A stretch of DNA of 64,000 nt. It comes from Bacilli bacterium (GTDB taxonomy: Bacteria > Bacillota_I > Bacilli_A > RF39 > UBA660). Shown here in pieces: positions 19,460-29,323 of this stretch (position 1 is the stretch's first letter; every line of letters begins with the position of its first letter). The stretch spans positions 6,074-70,073 of the forward strand of contig JAFXZI010000005.1 of NCBI GenBank assembly GCA_017541325.1, read 5' to 3'. The translations under genes were made by a program, and so were the position numbers. The notes beneath the pieces were generated by a model. That model made no database searches, was not told the origin of the DNA, and saw only the letters and a program-made list of their open reading frames with translations.

Positions 19460-20071
19460 TTATTCAGCTATGAATTCGTGATTTTTGTCACCAAGCATAT
19501 GTTTATATTCAACTGTGACTTTTTTAGAATCTTTTGGAACTTCACAATAAATAGATAGAGTTCCTTTTTTTCCTCTAGTTAATTTTAATTGAGTATCTAA
19601 CCCTGCACCTTCGACACTATAGAATTGTTCCATATCTTCATCATCGGCATAACAATCAAAATCAGTATAATCTAGAAGGTAATCATCGTCATCTTCTTCA
19701 TCATCTTTAGTTATATTTTCTGCTGTAAAAGTGAACTGAACTACTTTATAACCTTCTTTAACTGTTGCATATTCGCTATATTTTTTAAAATCACTATTTG
19801 ATGAATCAAAGTGCATTTTTATATGTTTTGATTCAAATGTTTCGCCAACTTTAAATGAAGTTTTACCATTTTGATCATCATATGATTTAAATGCTTTATC
19901 AACTTCATTTGCACAACTATTTACACAAGCTACTAAGCATACAAAAATAATAACAAGGACTATAATTATTTTTAACCAAGTTGGCATTCCTAACTTACCT
20001 CCACATTTTGGACATCTTTTTGCATTCTTTGCAATGTCTTCTTTACAATATTTACATTTCTTTGTTTTCAT
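19460..20071 (-). CDS. Zinc-ribbon membrane protein with extracellular beta-sandwich (DUF4352-like) domain
   Basis: N-terminal CKYCKEDIAKNAKRCPKCG ribbon, one TM (IIIVLVIIFVCLVACV), then a domain with an acidic stretch. Confidence 0.75.
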   Translation of the reverse strand: MKTKKCKYCKEDIAKNAKRCPKCGGKLGMPTWLKIIIVLVIIFVCLVACVNSCANEVDKAFKSYDDQNGKTSFKVGETFESKHIKMHFDSSNSDFKKYSEYATVKEGYKVVQFTFTAENITKDDEEDDDDYLLDYTDFDCYADDEDMEQFYSVEGAGLDTQLKLTRGKKGTLSIYCEVPKDSKKVTVEYKHMLGDKNHEFIAE

Positions 20072-20186
20072 ATTTTTCTCCTTCCTATATTTTCATTTTA
20101 GTAAATATAGATGCATTTAAACAGGACATATTACTTCCCGGACATTTTAGACATTTAAAAGTAATTATATTATTGAGGTGAATAGT

Positions 20187-20429
20187 ATGACTACTTTTAA
20201 AAGAGAGTTTAACTTTGATAAGAATTTTATGGTTAAAGTATCAAATAATATTAGAAAATATAGAAATTTAGCTGGAATAACTCAAGAACAGTTAGCGGTT
20301 GATGTCGAAAAAAGTTATGATTTTATTAGAAGACTTGAATATAAAAAAGGAGAAATTGGTTGTTCTATTGAAACATTGTATAGAATTTCAATAGTTTTAG
20401 GAGTATCTATAGATAAGTTTTTTGAATAA
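20187..20429 (+). CDS. XRE-family helix-turn-helix transcriptional regulator
   Basis: ATG at 20187 behind RBS gaggtga. HTH segment is LAGITQEQLAVDVEKSYDFIRRLEYKKG. Divergent from the minus-strand genes. Confidence 0.8.
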   Translation: MTTFKREFNFDKNFMVKVSNNIRKYRNLAGITQEQLAVDVEKSYDFIRRLEYKKGEIGCSIETLYRISIVLGVSIDKFFE

Positions 20430-20456
20430 TTATTCTTTTTATTTTATAATTATCTT

Positions 20457-20825
20457 ATGAATAAAGAAGAAATCATAAAAAAGTTAAAAATACTAAATTT
20501 AGATAAATCAAAATATTTAGTAATCAGTGGTGCTAGTTTAGTTTGTCATGGAATAATTGATGATACTTCGGATATAGATCTTAGTTGTAGAAGAGATTAT
20601 TATGATGAGATAGATTGGAAAACTAAAACAGGATTGTTTGATACTGAAATAAAATATTTTGATTGTTTTGAAATTGGGCCAAATTTTTATACTGAAGAAC
20701 GTGATAATATAGAAGGATTTCCTTTTATGACTTTAGATGATTGCCTTGAACTTAAGAGAAGGGAGAATAAACCTAAAGATAAAGAATTAATTAAAAAATT
20801 AGAAGATTACTTAAATAATAACTAA
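20457..20825 (+). CDS. Small nucleotidyltransferase-fold protein (putative)
   Basis: Minimal NTase signature in LVISGASLVCHGIIDDTSDIDLSC (G-S ... D-x-D). No clear RBS. Confidence 0.5.
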   Translation: MNKEEIIKKLKILNLDKSKYLVISGASLVCHGIIDDTSDIDLSCRRDYYDEIDWKTKTGLFDTEIKYFDCFEIGPNFYTEERDNIEGFPFMTLDDCLELKRRENKPKDKELIKKLEDYLNNN

Positions 20826-20845
20826 TGAAAAATCATTAGTTTTTT
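20821..20845 (+). terminator. Rho-independent terminator
   Basis: actaatga aaaa tcattagt hairpin overlapping the stop codon, followed by T5. Confidence 0.65.
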
Positions 20846-20869
20846 AGTATAATTAACTAAGGTGATGAT

Positions 20870-21751
20870 ATGTATAGCATAATAACATTTTTTTGTTGGG
20901 GTATAGCAGATCTTTTTTATAAAAAAGGAAATGCTAGTGAAAACGAGTATAATCATTTAAAAACAGGAATATTTGTTGGACTTGTAATGGGACTTCATGC
21001 AACTTTTTATATGATATTTAAGGGGTTAAGTTTAAACTTTATTGAGTTAATTAAATACTTACCAGTTTCTCTTTGTTATATTGTTTCAATGATTGTTTCG
21101 TATAAAGGGTTTAAGTATATAGAACTATCATTAGCTAGTCCTATTGAAAATACTTCAGGAGTTATTACGTCTTTATTATTGTTATTATTCTTTAGAGAAA
21201 AATATCCTTTAGTAGCATATGTTGCTTTCTTTTTAGTTCTAATAGGAATAATAACTATTTCTTTACTTGAAAGAAAAGAAGAAAGAAGTACTGAATTAAA
21301 AATATCTAAAAAGAAAAAGATAAGTGTACTTATAGTATTATTTCCGATAATATATTGTATTCTTGATGGAGTAGGAACTTTCCTTGATGCTTTATATTTA
21401 GATAAATTTAGTATTATTAGTGAAGATAGTGCTTTGTTAAGTTATGAATATACTTTTTTAATATATGCATTCTTTTCTTATTTATATTTAAATAGAAAAA
21501 AAGAGAAGATAAAAATAAACAAAGAAAAAGATAAAATCTTAGCAGCAGTACTAGAAACATCTGGTCAATTTTTTTATGTATTTGCGATGGCAAAAGATTC
21601 AACAATAGGAGCAACTATAGTTGGATCATATTGTATTCTTGCACTAATACTATCTCATATATTCTTAAAAGAAAAATTATCTATTGGAAAGTATATTGGG
21701 CTATTTATAGCAATTATAGGAATAGTTATACTATCTATTCTAAATATATAA
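20870..21751 (+). CDS. EamA/DMT-superfamily transporter
   Basis: 293 aa and about 10 TM helices in two halves, typical DMT architecture. RBS aaggtga. Confidence 0.75.
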   Translation: MYSIITFFCWGIADLFYKKGNASENEYNHLKTGIFVGLVMGLHATFYMIFKGLSLNFIELIKYLPVSLCYIVSMIVSYKGFKYIELSLASPIENTSGVITSLLLLLFFREKYPLVAYVAFFLVLIGIITISLLERKEERSTELKISKKKKISVLIVLFPIIYCILDGVGTFLDALYLDKFSIISEDSALLSYEYTFLIYAFFSYLYLNRKKEKIKINKEKDKILAAVLETSGQFFYVFAMAKDSTIGATIVGSYCILALILSHIFLKEKLSIGKYIGLFIAIIGIVILSILNI

Positions 21752-21781
21752 TAATATGTTATAATTAAAGAGGTGAGTAGT

Positions 21782-22492
21782 ATGGGACTTAGAGATTTTT
21801 TTGGTAGAAAAACAGAAGATAAAGCAAAAAGAGAATTAATTGAATCAGATATTTTAAGAATAGTTAATGATGCCGCTGCTCAAGGAAGATTTTCATTATT
21901 TATGTGTTCTGATATTAAAAACAATTTTACTAAAGACAAATCTTTGGATACAGTAGAATTCTTCTATGATCTTTGCAAAGGATGGGATGAGATGTGTAAT
22001 ATTCCATTAAACTTTGGCTTGTTTTTAGATGAGTTGTCTCAAGATGAATCTGTTGTTGTTGGATTGCATCGTACTAATATACGTTACGGAGAAAGAAATG
22101 GAGATGTACCTTCATCTAATGATTTAGTTGATATGATGGAAAACGGTCTAATAAACTATGGACATGCAAACGCTGTCGGTGGAAGTGCTTTTATGAAAGA
22201 TCCGCCACCATCTCTTACTTTTTCACCATTAAAAGGTATAACTGGATATATTAATCTTGTTGGCTCATACAATGGAAACAATACAGTTGTTCTTGCGTGT
22301 TTTCCAAGTGAATTAGTAGATGATGAATTAGGGATAAAAGATCGTTCTAGAATAGATGAGTTATATGATATGAGTGGTAATAATGCTAGAGTTAGACCAG
22401 AACATATGATGGGAGCAATTATAAAAAATAATAATGGGTTAGATGAAGTTTTTACTAAAGAAGAAATATTATCATCTAAACTTAATAAATAG
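21782..22492 (+). CDS. Hypothetical protein, distant paralogue of 17680..18429
   Basis: ATG at 21782 behind RBS agaggtga. No TM. Shares an ordered motif set with the 249-aa minus-strand ORF. Confidence 0.65.
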   Translation: MGLRDFFGRKTEDKAKRELIESDILRIVNDAAAQGRFSLFMCSDIKNNFTKDKSLDTVEFFYDLCKGWDEMCNIPLNFGLFLDELSQDESVVVGLHRTNIRYGERNGDVPSSNDLVDMMENGLINYGHANAVGGSAFMKDPPPSLTFSPLKGITGYINLVGSYNGNNTVVLACFPSELVDDELGIKDRSRIDELYDMSGNNARVRPEHMMGAIIKNNNGLDEVFTKEEILSSKLNK

Positions 22493-22500
22493 GAGGAAAT

Positions 22501-22797
22501 ATGAAAAAAACATTAAGAATAATACTTGTAATAGCGCTTGTAATTATTATTTTAGCAGTACTAATGTTCTTATTTATATTTAGTCCAGCAGATAAATATG
22601 TATGTACTAGTGATGAAGGAAATATTACTATTTTATATAAAAAAGATAAAATAGTTGGTGTAACAAACAAAGGATATAGTTTTGATTTAGAAGAACAACA
22701 AGAACATGCTAAAAAAGTTGGAATAGAAACTTATTTAAACGAATTTAATGCGTGGTTTATATCAAATTCTACAAATGGTAAGTGTGAGAAAAAATAG
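22501..22797 (+). CDS. Small membrane-anchored protein, unknown function
   Basis: RBS aggagg. N-terminal TM (IILVIALVIIILAVLMFLFIF). Confidence 0.55.
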   Translation: MKKTLRIILVIALVIIILAVLMFLFIFSPADKYVCTSDEGNITILYKKDKIVGVTNKGYSFDLEEQQEHAKKVGIETYLNEFNAWFISNSTNGKCEKK

Positions 22798-22818
22798 AAG
22801 AGTTATCTTCTATTTTTG
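22793..22818 (+). terminator. Rho-independent terminator
   Basis: atagaag agttat cttctat hairpin followed by T5. Confidence 0.6.
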
Positions 22819-22856
22819 TTTATAAAAAGATATAATTAAATAAAGGAAGTGATATT

Positions 22857-25790
22857 ATGTATATACCTTTATATGTAAAGAGTAACTATTCTTTATTATC
22901 AAGTTTAGTTACAATAGATAATTTAGTAGATTTATGTATATTACATAATATTACAGAAATTGCACTTTGTGATGATGATTTAACTTATGTCATGAACTTT
23001 TATAAAAAGTGCAAAGAAAAAAATATAAAACCAATTATTGGACTAGATGTAAAAATAGATGACTTATCTATACTTTTATATGCTAGAAATTATGATGGAT
23101 ATAAATCTTTGATAAAAATGTCTACTTTAAAATATAGTAGAGAAATAACTATAGAAGATTTAAAAAAATATAATAAAGAACTTATATGTATATTGCCTTT
23201 TTCTAGTATAAAGAAATATGAAGAATTAAAAAGTATTTATAAAGAGTTATATTTAGGATATCAAGATAAAGGAGAAGAGAAAATTGTCTCTGATATTAGT
23301 GATAATATTGTCTTTTTAAATAAGATTTTATATTTAAAAGAAGAAGAAAAGTCATTTCTTAAATATTTATATATGATAAGAGATGGAAAAACTATTAGTG
23401 ATGAAATAGATTTATTAGATGAAGTTAACTATTATATAGATGATAATGAAGTAATAAATATATCTTCTAATAAAGGGCTTATTAATACTAAATTGATTGC
23501 AGATTCTTGTAATTTTGAATTTGTTGATAATGGAATTCTTTTACCAATATATGAAACAGGAAATGGTAATAGTGATGATTATTTAGAGAAATTAAGTATT
23601 AAAGGATTACAAAAAAGGCTTAATAATAATATAGATAATATCTATAAAGAAAGATTATTGTATGAGTTATCTATTATTAAAAAGATGGGGTTTTCTAATT
23701 ATTTTTTAGTTGTTTATGACTTTATTAAATATGCAAAACAAAACAATATTTTAGTTGGACCAGGAAGAGGTTCTGCGGTTGGTTCATTAGTTGCATATTC
23801 TTTAGGTATTACTGATATCGATCCGCTAGAATATAATCTATTATTTGAAAGATTTTTAAATCCAGAACGTATTTCTATGCCTGATATAGATACTGATTTT
23901 CCAGATGTTTATCGTGATCAAGTAATTGATTATGTAAAAGAAAAATATGGAGAAAAGAAAGTAGCAGGAATAGTTACTTTTGGTACTATGAGTACTAGAC
24001 TTGTAATTCGAGATGTTGGTCGTGTTTTAAATGCGGAAGCTAAAGATATAGATTATTTATGTAAAAAAGTTCCAACTACATCAAAACAAAAAATTGGATA
24101 CTTTTATCAAAATGATAAAGAATTTAGAAGTATGATTGATAGTGATGAAAAATTAAAACTTCTTTATAGAATATGTACGAAGATTGAAGGATTTCCTCGT
24201 CATACATCTATGCATGCAGCGGGAATAATAATGAGTAAAGTTGATTTAGATACAGTTATTCCTTTAGTTAAAAATAATGATATTTATTTATCTGGATATA
24301 CTATGGAATACCTTGAAGAGTTAGGTTTAATAAAGATGGATTTCTTAGGATTAAAAAACTTAACTACTATTATGAATATTATTAAAGATATTGAAACAAA
24401 CGAAAATATTAGTATCAATTTTTCTAATATTCCTTTAGATGATAAAGATGCAATTAATATTTTTAAAAGAGCAGATACATTAGGTATATTCCAATTTGAA
24501 TCTGTTGGTATGAGGGAATTTATTAGAAAATTAAAACCAAATAATTTAGATGATATTATTGCAGCGATTGCTTTGTTCCGACCAGGAGCAGCTGTAAATA
24601 TTGATTCTTATATTTTGAGAAAACAAGGAAAAGAAAAAATAACTTATTTAGATGATTCTTTAAAAGATATATTAGAACCTACTTATGGAATAATAATATA
24701 TCAGGAACAAATTATGCAAATTGCAAGTACTCTTGCAGGATTTACATTAGGAGAAGCAGATATCTTAAGAAAAGCAATGAGTAAAAAGAAGAAAGATATT
24801 TTATCTAGCCAGGAAGAAAAGTTTATAAATGGTTGCATAAAAAATGGACATAGCAAAGAAAAAGCAAAAGAAATATTTGATTTAATATTAAATTTTGCTA
24901 ATTATGGTTTTAATAAATCACATTCTGTAGCATATTCAATTATTGCTTATCGTATGGCTTATTTAAAAGCAAAATATCCAAAGTATTTCTTTAGTAATCT
25001 AATGAGTTCAGTTATTGGAAGCGAAGTTAAGACTAAAGAATATTTAGATGAAGCTAGAAGACTAAATATAAAAATTCTACTTCCATCTATTACAAAAAGT
25101 AGTAATCATTTTGTAGTAGAAAAAGCTGGAATTAGATTTCCTCTTTCTAATATTAAAAATATTGGAGTAGCAATTTCAAGCGACATTATTAATAATAGAA
25201 GAGAATTTACTGATATATTTGATTGTATTAGTACAATTTTATCTAAAAATGTTAATAAGAGTACTCTAGAATCATTAATTTATGCATCTTGTTTTGATGA
25301 GTTCGGATATAATAAAAGAACCTTAATTGAAAATATAGATGTATTAATTAATTATGCTAATTTATCAATGGATTTAGATCCATCTTTAATATTAAAACCT
25401 GAAATAGAAATTAAAGATGAATATCATAAAGATTATCTTATGGATAAAGAAAAAGAATTGTTTGGATTCTATTTAAGTGAATATCCTACTACTAAATATA
25501 AAACTGAATATAAGACTATTAATTCTAATGAAATAGATTCATACTTTAATAAAGTAGTAGACTTAGTTCTATTAATTGACAGAGTAAAAGAGACAAATAC
25601 TAAGAAAGATGAGATTATGGCTTTTGTATCTGGAAGTGATGAATATGGTACTTGTAGTCTAACATTATTTCCAAAAACATATGATACTTATCCTGTCAAA
25701 AAAGGACAAATAATTCTTGTTAGAGGTACTGTTGAAAGAAGATTTGATAAGTACCAAATAGTAGTTGATAAAATTAAATACTTAAACTAA
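22857..25790 (+). CDS. dnaE: DNA polymerase III alpha subunit, DnaE type
   Basis: N-terminal PHP domain (MYIPLYVKSNYSLL), catalytic MPDIDTDF, GLIKMDFLGLKNL and FNKSHSVAYS. At 977 aa it is shorter than Bacillus-type DnaE. Confidence 0.95.
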   Translation: MYIPLYVKSNYSLLSSLVTIDNLVDLCILHNITEIALCDDDLTYVMNFYKKCKEKNIKPIIGLDVKIDDLSILLYARNYDGYKSLIKMSTLKYSREITIEDLKKYNKELICILPFSSIKKYEELKSIYKELYLGYQDKGEEKIVSDISDNIVFLNKILYLKEEEKSFLKYLYMIRDGKTISDEIDLLDEVNYYIDDNEVINISSNKGLINTKLIADSCNFEFVDNGILLPIYETGNGNSDDYLEKLSIKGLQKRLNNNIDNIYKERLLYELSIIKKMGFSNYFLVVYDFIKYAKQNNILVGPGRGSAVGSLVAYSLGITDIDPLEYNLLFERFLNPERISMPDIDTDFPDVYRDQVIDYVKEKYGEKKVAGIVTFGTMSTRLVIRDVGRVLNAEAKDIDYLCKKVPTTSKQKIGYFYQNDKEFRSMIDSDEKLKLLYRICTKIEGFPRHTSMHAAGIIMSKVDLDTVIPLVKNNDIYLSGYTMEYLEELGLIKMDFLGLKNLTTIMNIIKDIETNENISINFSNIPLDDKDAINIFKRADTLGIFQFESVGMREFIRKLKPNNLDDIIAAIALFRPGAAVNIDSYILRKQGKEKITYLDDSLKDILEPTYGIIIYQEQIMQIASTLAGFTLGEADILRKAMSKKKKDILSSQEEKFINGCIKNGHSKEKAKEIFDLILNFANYGFNKSHSVAYSIIAYRMAYLKAKYPKYFFSNLMSSVIGSEVKTKEYLDEARRLNIKILLPSITKSSNHFVVEKAGIRFPLSNIKNIGVAISSDIINNRREFTDIFDCISTILSKNVNKSTLESLIYASCFDEFGYNKRTLIENIDVLINYANLSMDLDPSLILKPEIEIKDEYHKDYLMDKEKELFGFYLSEYPTTKYKTEYKTINSNEIDSYFNKVVDLVLLIDRVKETNTKKDEIMAFVSGSDEYGTCSLTLFPKTYDTYPVKKGQIILVRGTVERRFDKYQIVVDKIKYLN

Positions 25791-25848
25791 TATTTCCTTG
25801 TTTATGTATTAATTTTACTATATAATATATCTTGTTGGAGGAGTTAAT

Positions 25849-27126
25849 ATGGCAAAGAAAAAAGAAGAAACAAATAGCAATGTACATGAAATAGTAGTAA
25901 AAATTGATGGTTCTGAATGGAAAGAAGCACTAGATGCTGCATTTGAATCAAAAAGAAAAGAAGTAACAGTTAGCGGATTTAGAAAAGGTAAAGTACCAAG
26001 AGATGTATATGAAAAGAATTTCGGTAAAGAAAGTTTATATACAACTGCAATTGATAGTGTTATGCAAATTGCATATATGAAAGCTCTTGATGATTCTAAA
26101 TTAGTACCTGTTGTACAACCTAAAGTAGATATTACTGCTATAGATGATGAACATATAGAATTTACTTTTATATTTGTTACTAAACCTGAAGTAAAAGTAA
26201 AAAAATATAAAGGATTAAAAGTAACTAAAGAAAAAGTAAAAGTAACTAAAGAAGAAGTAGAAGCAGAATTAAAAAAATTACTTGAACAATATGGAGAAGT
26301 AAAAGTAAAAGAAAAAGGAAAATTAGAAAAAGGTAATATCGCAGTTATTGATTTTGAGGGATTTGATGATGGTGTTCCATTTGAAGGTGGAAAAGCAGAA
26401 AACTATGAACTTGAAATTGGAAGTAATACTTTTATTCCTGGATTTGAAGATCAATTAATAGGAATGAAATCACATGATGAAAAAGATATTAAAGTAACTT
26501 TCCCTGAAGAATATCCTGCAGAAAACTTAAAAGGAAAAGAAGTTGTATTTAAAGTTAAACTTCATGAAATTAAAGAAAAGGTTGAAAGAGATTTTGATGA
26601 AGAATTATTTGAAGATTTAGGAATGGAAGGAGTTAATAGTAAAGAGACTCTTGAAGCAGAAATTAAAGCAAATATTGAAGCACAAAAAGAAACAGATGCT
26701 GAGAATAATTATGTAGATGCTTTACTTGAAGCAGTATCTGAAAATACTGAAGTAGAAATTCCTGATGAAATGATTGACGAAGAAACAGATAGACTTCTTG
26801 GACGTTATGAAGAACAATTAAAAATGCAAGGAATAACATTAGATTTGTATTATCAAATTACAAATACTAAAGAAGAAGATTTAAGAGACCAAATAGCTAA
26901 AGAATCTGCTAAAAATGTTAAGTATCGTTTAATGCTTGAAGAAATTATGGAAAAAGAAAAAATTGAAGTTAGTGATGCTGATGCTGATGCAGAAGCAGAA
27001 AACTTAGCTAATAAATACGGAATGAAGAAAGATGAATTCTTAACTTCATTTGGTGGACTTGAAATGATTAAATACGATTTAGAAATTCGTAAAGTAGTAG
27101 ACTTATTAAAAGAAGAAAACAAATAG
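25849..27126 (+). CDS. tig: Trigger factor
   Basis: Ribosome-binding signature GFRKGKVPRDV, FKBP-type segment FIPGFEDQLIGM. 425 aa with an acidic C-terminal arm. Confidence 0.95.
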   Translation: MAKKKEETNSNVHEIVVKIDGSEWKEALDAAFESKRKEVTVSGFRKGKVPRDVYEKNFGKESLYTTAIDSVMQIAYMKALDDSKLVPVVQPKVDITAIDDEHIEFTFIFVTKPEVKVKKYKGLKVTKEKVKVTKEEVEAELKKLLEQYGEVKVKEKGKLEKGNIAVIDFEGFDDGVPFEGGKAENYELEIGSNTFIPGFEDQLIGMKSHDEKDIKVTFPEEYPAENLKGKEVVFKVKLHEIKEKVERDFDEELFEDLGMEGVNSKETLEAEIKANIEAQKETDAENNYVDALLEAVSENTEVEIPDEMIDEETDRLLGRYEEQLKMQGITLDLYYQITNTKEEDLRDQIAKESAKNVKYRLMLEEIMEKEKIEVSDADADAEAENLANKYGMKKDEFLTSFGGLEMIKYDLEIRKVVDLLKEENK

Positions 27127-27140
27127 TTTTCTTCTTTTTA
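27111..27140 (+). terminator. Rho-independent terminator after tig
   Basis: agaagaaaac aaata gttttcttct is a perfect 10-bp stem, followed by a T-run. Confidence 0.7.
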
Positions 27141-27204
27141 TTTTATAGACATTTTTATATATTTTAGATATACTAGAAGTAGTATTAAGATAGAGGGTGT
27201 TGAA

Positions 27205-27933
27205 ATGGAAAACAATGAAAATAAAACTCCAGTAACTGAAGAAAAAAAAGTAGAAGAAGTTAAGACTACAGAAGAAGTAAAAAAAGAAAATCCAACAGAG
27301 ACTAATGCTGAAGCAAAAACAGAGAAAAAAGCTAAAAAGTCTTTGTTTGCCCGAGAGAAAAAACCATGGGAATTAGAAAAAGAGAAAGAACCATTAGATA
27401 AAAAAGATTATATTTGTATTTGTGGTTTTGTTATTCTGTTCATTGTGGCTTTACTTCCATATTTTGTAAGAATATTAGATGCTGGATATGATGAAAATAG
27501 AAAATTTAGTTTAAAAGGTGAAGATCCAAAAAAAGAACAAGATGTACCTAAAGTTAGAAAAAAACTTATTTGTAATAAAGCTGGAACTGCAGAAGGATAT
27601 ACTTATTCAATTGATATTGTTAATATATACGAAAATGGTAATGCTAAAACAAATGATATAACATATAATATTGTAGAAATAACAGATCCTACACTTACAA
27701 ATGATACTGTTGTAATAGATGAATATAAATTAATATCTGAAATATCATCTACTGGAATTCAAGCAACACATGAAAGTGGAACAACTATTTATAAAATTAC
27801 AATTAATTATGATATTGATCAAAATTTAATAAAGAATAAAGATTTATCAGGACATTTTAAAGCACTTAGTTTACAAAAAACAGATTATGAACAAAATGGA
27901 TATACTTGTAGTGAAGAAGTGATGGAGGGATAA
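27205..27933 (+). CDS. Membrane-anchored protein with Lys/Glu-rich cytoplasmic N-terminus, unknown function
   Basis: RBS agagggtg, single TM (ICICGFVILFIVALLPYFV). Coupled to the next gene by a 1-nt gap. Confidence 0.6.
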   Translation: MENNENKTPVTEEKKVEEVKTTEEVKKENPTETNAEAKTEKKAKKSLFAREKKPWELEKEKEPLDKKDYICICGFVILFIVALLPYFVRILDAGYDENRKFSLKGEDPKKEQDVPKVRKKLICNKAGTAEGYTYSIDIVNIYENGNAKTNDITYNIVEITDPTLTNDTVVIDEYKLISEISSTGIQATHESGTTIYKITINYDIDQNLIKNKDLSGHFKALSLQKTDYEQNGYTCSEEVMEG

Positions 27934-27934
27934 A

Positions 27935-29314
27935 ATGAAATTAACTACTGATATCAATAAGAATATTTTTAGGGGTTATGATATTAGAGGAAAGTATCCT
28001 ACAGATTTAAATGAAGATGTATATTATACAATTGGTAGAAGTTTTGGAACTTATATTCAAAAATTTGACCAAAAGAAATGTGTTGTTGGACATGACAACA
28101 GATATTCATCTGAAGAATTAGTAAGGGCATTAATTACTGGACTTACTGATAGTGGTATCGATGTAATTAATATTGGCCTTGTTACTACGCCAATGTATTA
28201 TTATGCTCAAATCAAATTAAATATATTAACTGGTATGATGGTAACTGCAAGTCATAATCCAAAGGATGAAAATGGAATAAAGTATTCAATTAATTCATTT
28301 ACTAATTGTAAAGGAGAAGAAATACAAGATTTCTATAAATTTACAATGGAACAACAATTCGCAGAAGATATTCCTTTAGGAGAATTAACTGAATACGATA
28401 TTAGAGATGAATATATAGATTTATATAAATCAATATTAAAATTTGGAGATAGAAGAGTAAAAGTAGTTTTAGATCCAGGAAATGGTACAACAACAACTAT
28501 AATTAAAGATCTATTTAGAGAATTTCCTATTGATTTTGATATTATTTGTGGTGAATCTGATCCAATGTTTCCAAACCACCATCCAGATCCATGTGTAGAA
28601 GATAATCTAAAAATGTTAAAGGAAAGAGTTTTAGAAACAAAAGCAGATCTTGGTATTGGTTTTGATGGAGATGGTGATAGAGTTGGTGTTATTTCTAATA
28701 GTGGTAAATTTATTCCTACAGATAAATATATGATTATAATTATTAGAGATATCATTAATAAAGTTACTAAAAAAGAATTCTTATATGATATAAAATGTTC
28801 AAAATCATTAAGTGATGAAATTGAAAGATTAGGTGGAAAAGGAATATGTTATCGTACAGGAAACTCTTATACTAAAGGAAGAGTTAAAGAACTTGATCTT
28901 CCATTTGGAGGAGAGTTATCTGGACACGTTTATTTTAGAGACCGTTGGCCTGGATTTGATTCTGGACTATATGCTGGCCTTAGATTATTAGAAATATTAA
29001 GCTATACTGATAAACAAGTAGATGATTTACTAGAAGGAATAAATGAATATTATTCAACTGAAGAATTGAAATTTACATCTACTGATGAAAAGAAAGTAGA
29101 AGTTGTAGATAAAATAATAAAATATTGTGAAGAAAAAGGATATAACACTAACACAATTGATGGAGTAAGAGCAGATTTCTCTGATGGTTGGGGCTTAGTT
29201 AGATATAGTAATACTGGTCCAAATATAACTGCTAGATTTGAAGGAAATACTCCTGAAAGACTTGAAGAATTACAAAAAGAATTTGTGAATTTAATAGAAG
29301 AATATAATAAGTAG
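27935..29314 (+). CDS. Alpha-D-phosphohexomutase (phosphomannomutase/phosphoglucomutase or GlmM-like)
   Basis: Active-site loop TASHNP, metal loop GFDGDGDR, sugar loop GGELSGH. 459 aa. Confidence 0.9.
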   Translation: MKLTTDINKNIFRGYDIRGKYPTDLNEDVYYTIGRSFGTYIQKFDQKKCVVGHDNRYSSEELVRALITGLTDSGIDVINIGLVTTPMYYYAQIKLNILTGMMVTASHNPKDENGIKYSINSFTNCKGEEIQDFYKFTMEQQFAEDIPLGELTEYDIRDEYIDLYKSILKFGDRRVKVVLDPGNGTTTTIIKDLFREFPIDFDIICGESDPMFPNHHPDPCVEDNLKMLKERVLETKADLGIGFDGDGDRVGVISNSGKFIPTDKYMIIIIRDIINKVTKKEFLYDIKCSKSLSDEIERLGGKGICYRTGNSYTKGRVKELDLPFGGELSGHVYFRDRWPGFDSGLYAGLRLLEILSYTDKQVDDLLEGINEYYSTEELKFTSTDEKKVEVVDKIIKYCEEKGYNTNTIDGVRADFSDGWGLVRYSNTGPNITARFEGNTPERLEELQKEFVNLIEEYNK

Positions 29315-29323
29315 GTGATTCAA

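Noticed and set aside
19981-20181. 66-aa + strand ORF overlapping the 5' end of the minus-strand zinc-ribbon gene
   Set aside because: It is antisense to a supported gene and runs through the intergenic promoter region. No RBS.
17376-22856. att-type direct repeat of the tRNA-Cys 3' end, and an integrase delimiting an island
   Set aside because: I could not find a second copy of ggttcaaatccgactaggccctcca or its 3' half by eye, and no integrase-like ORF exists. The island status therefore remains only a hypothesis (see findings).
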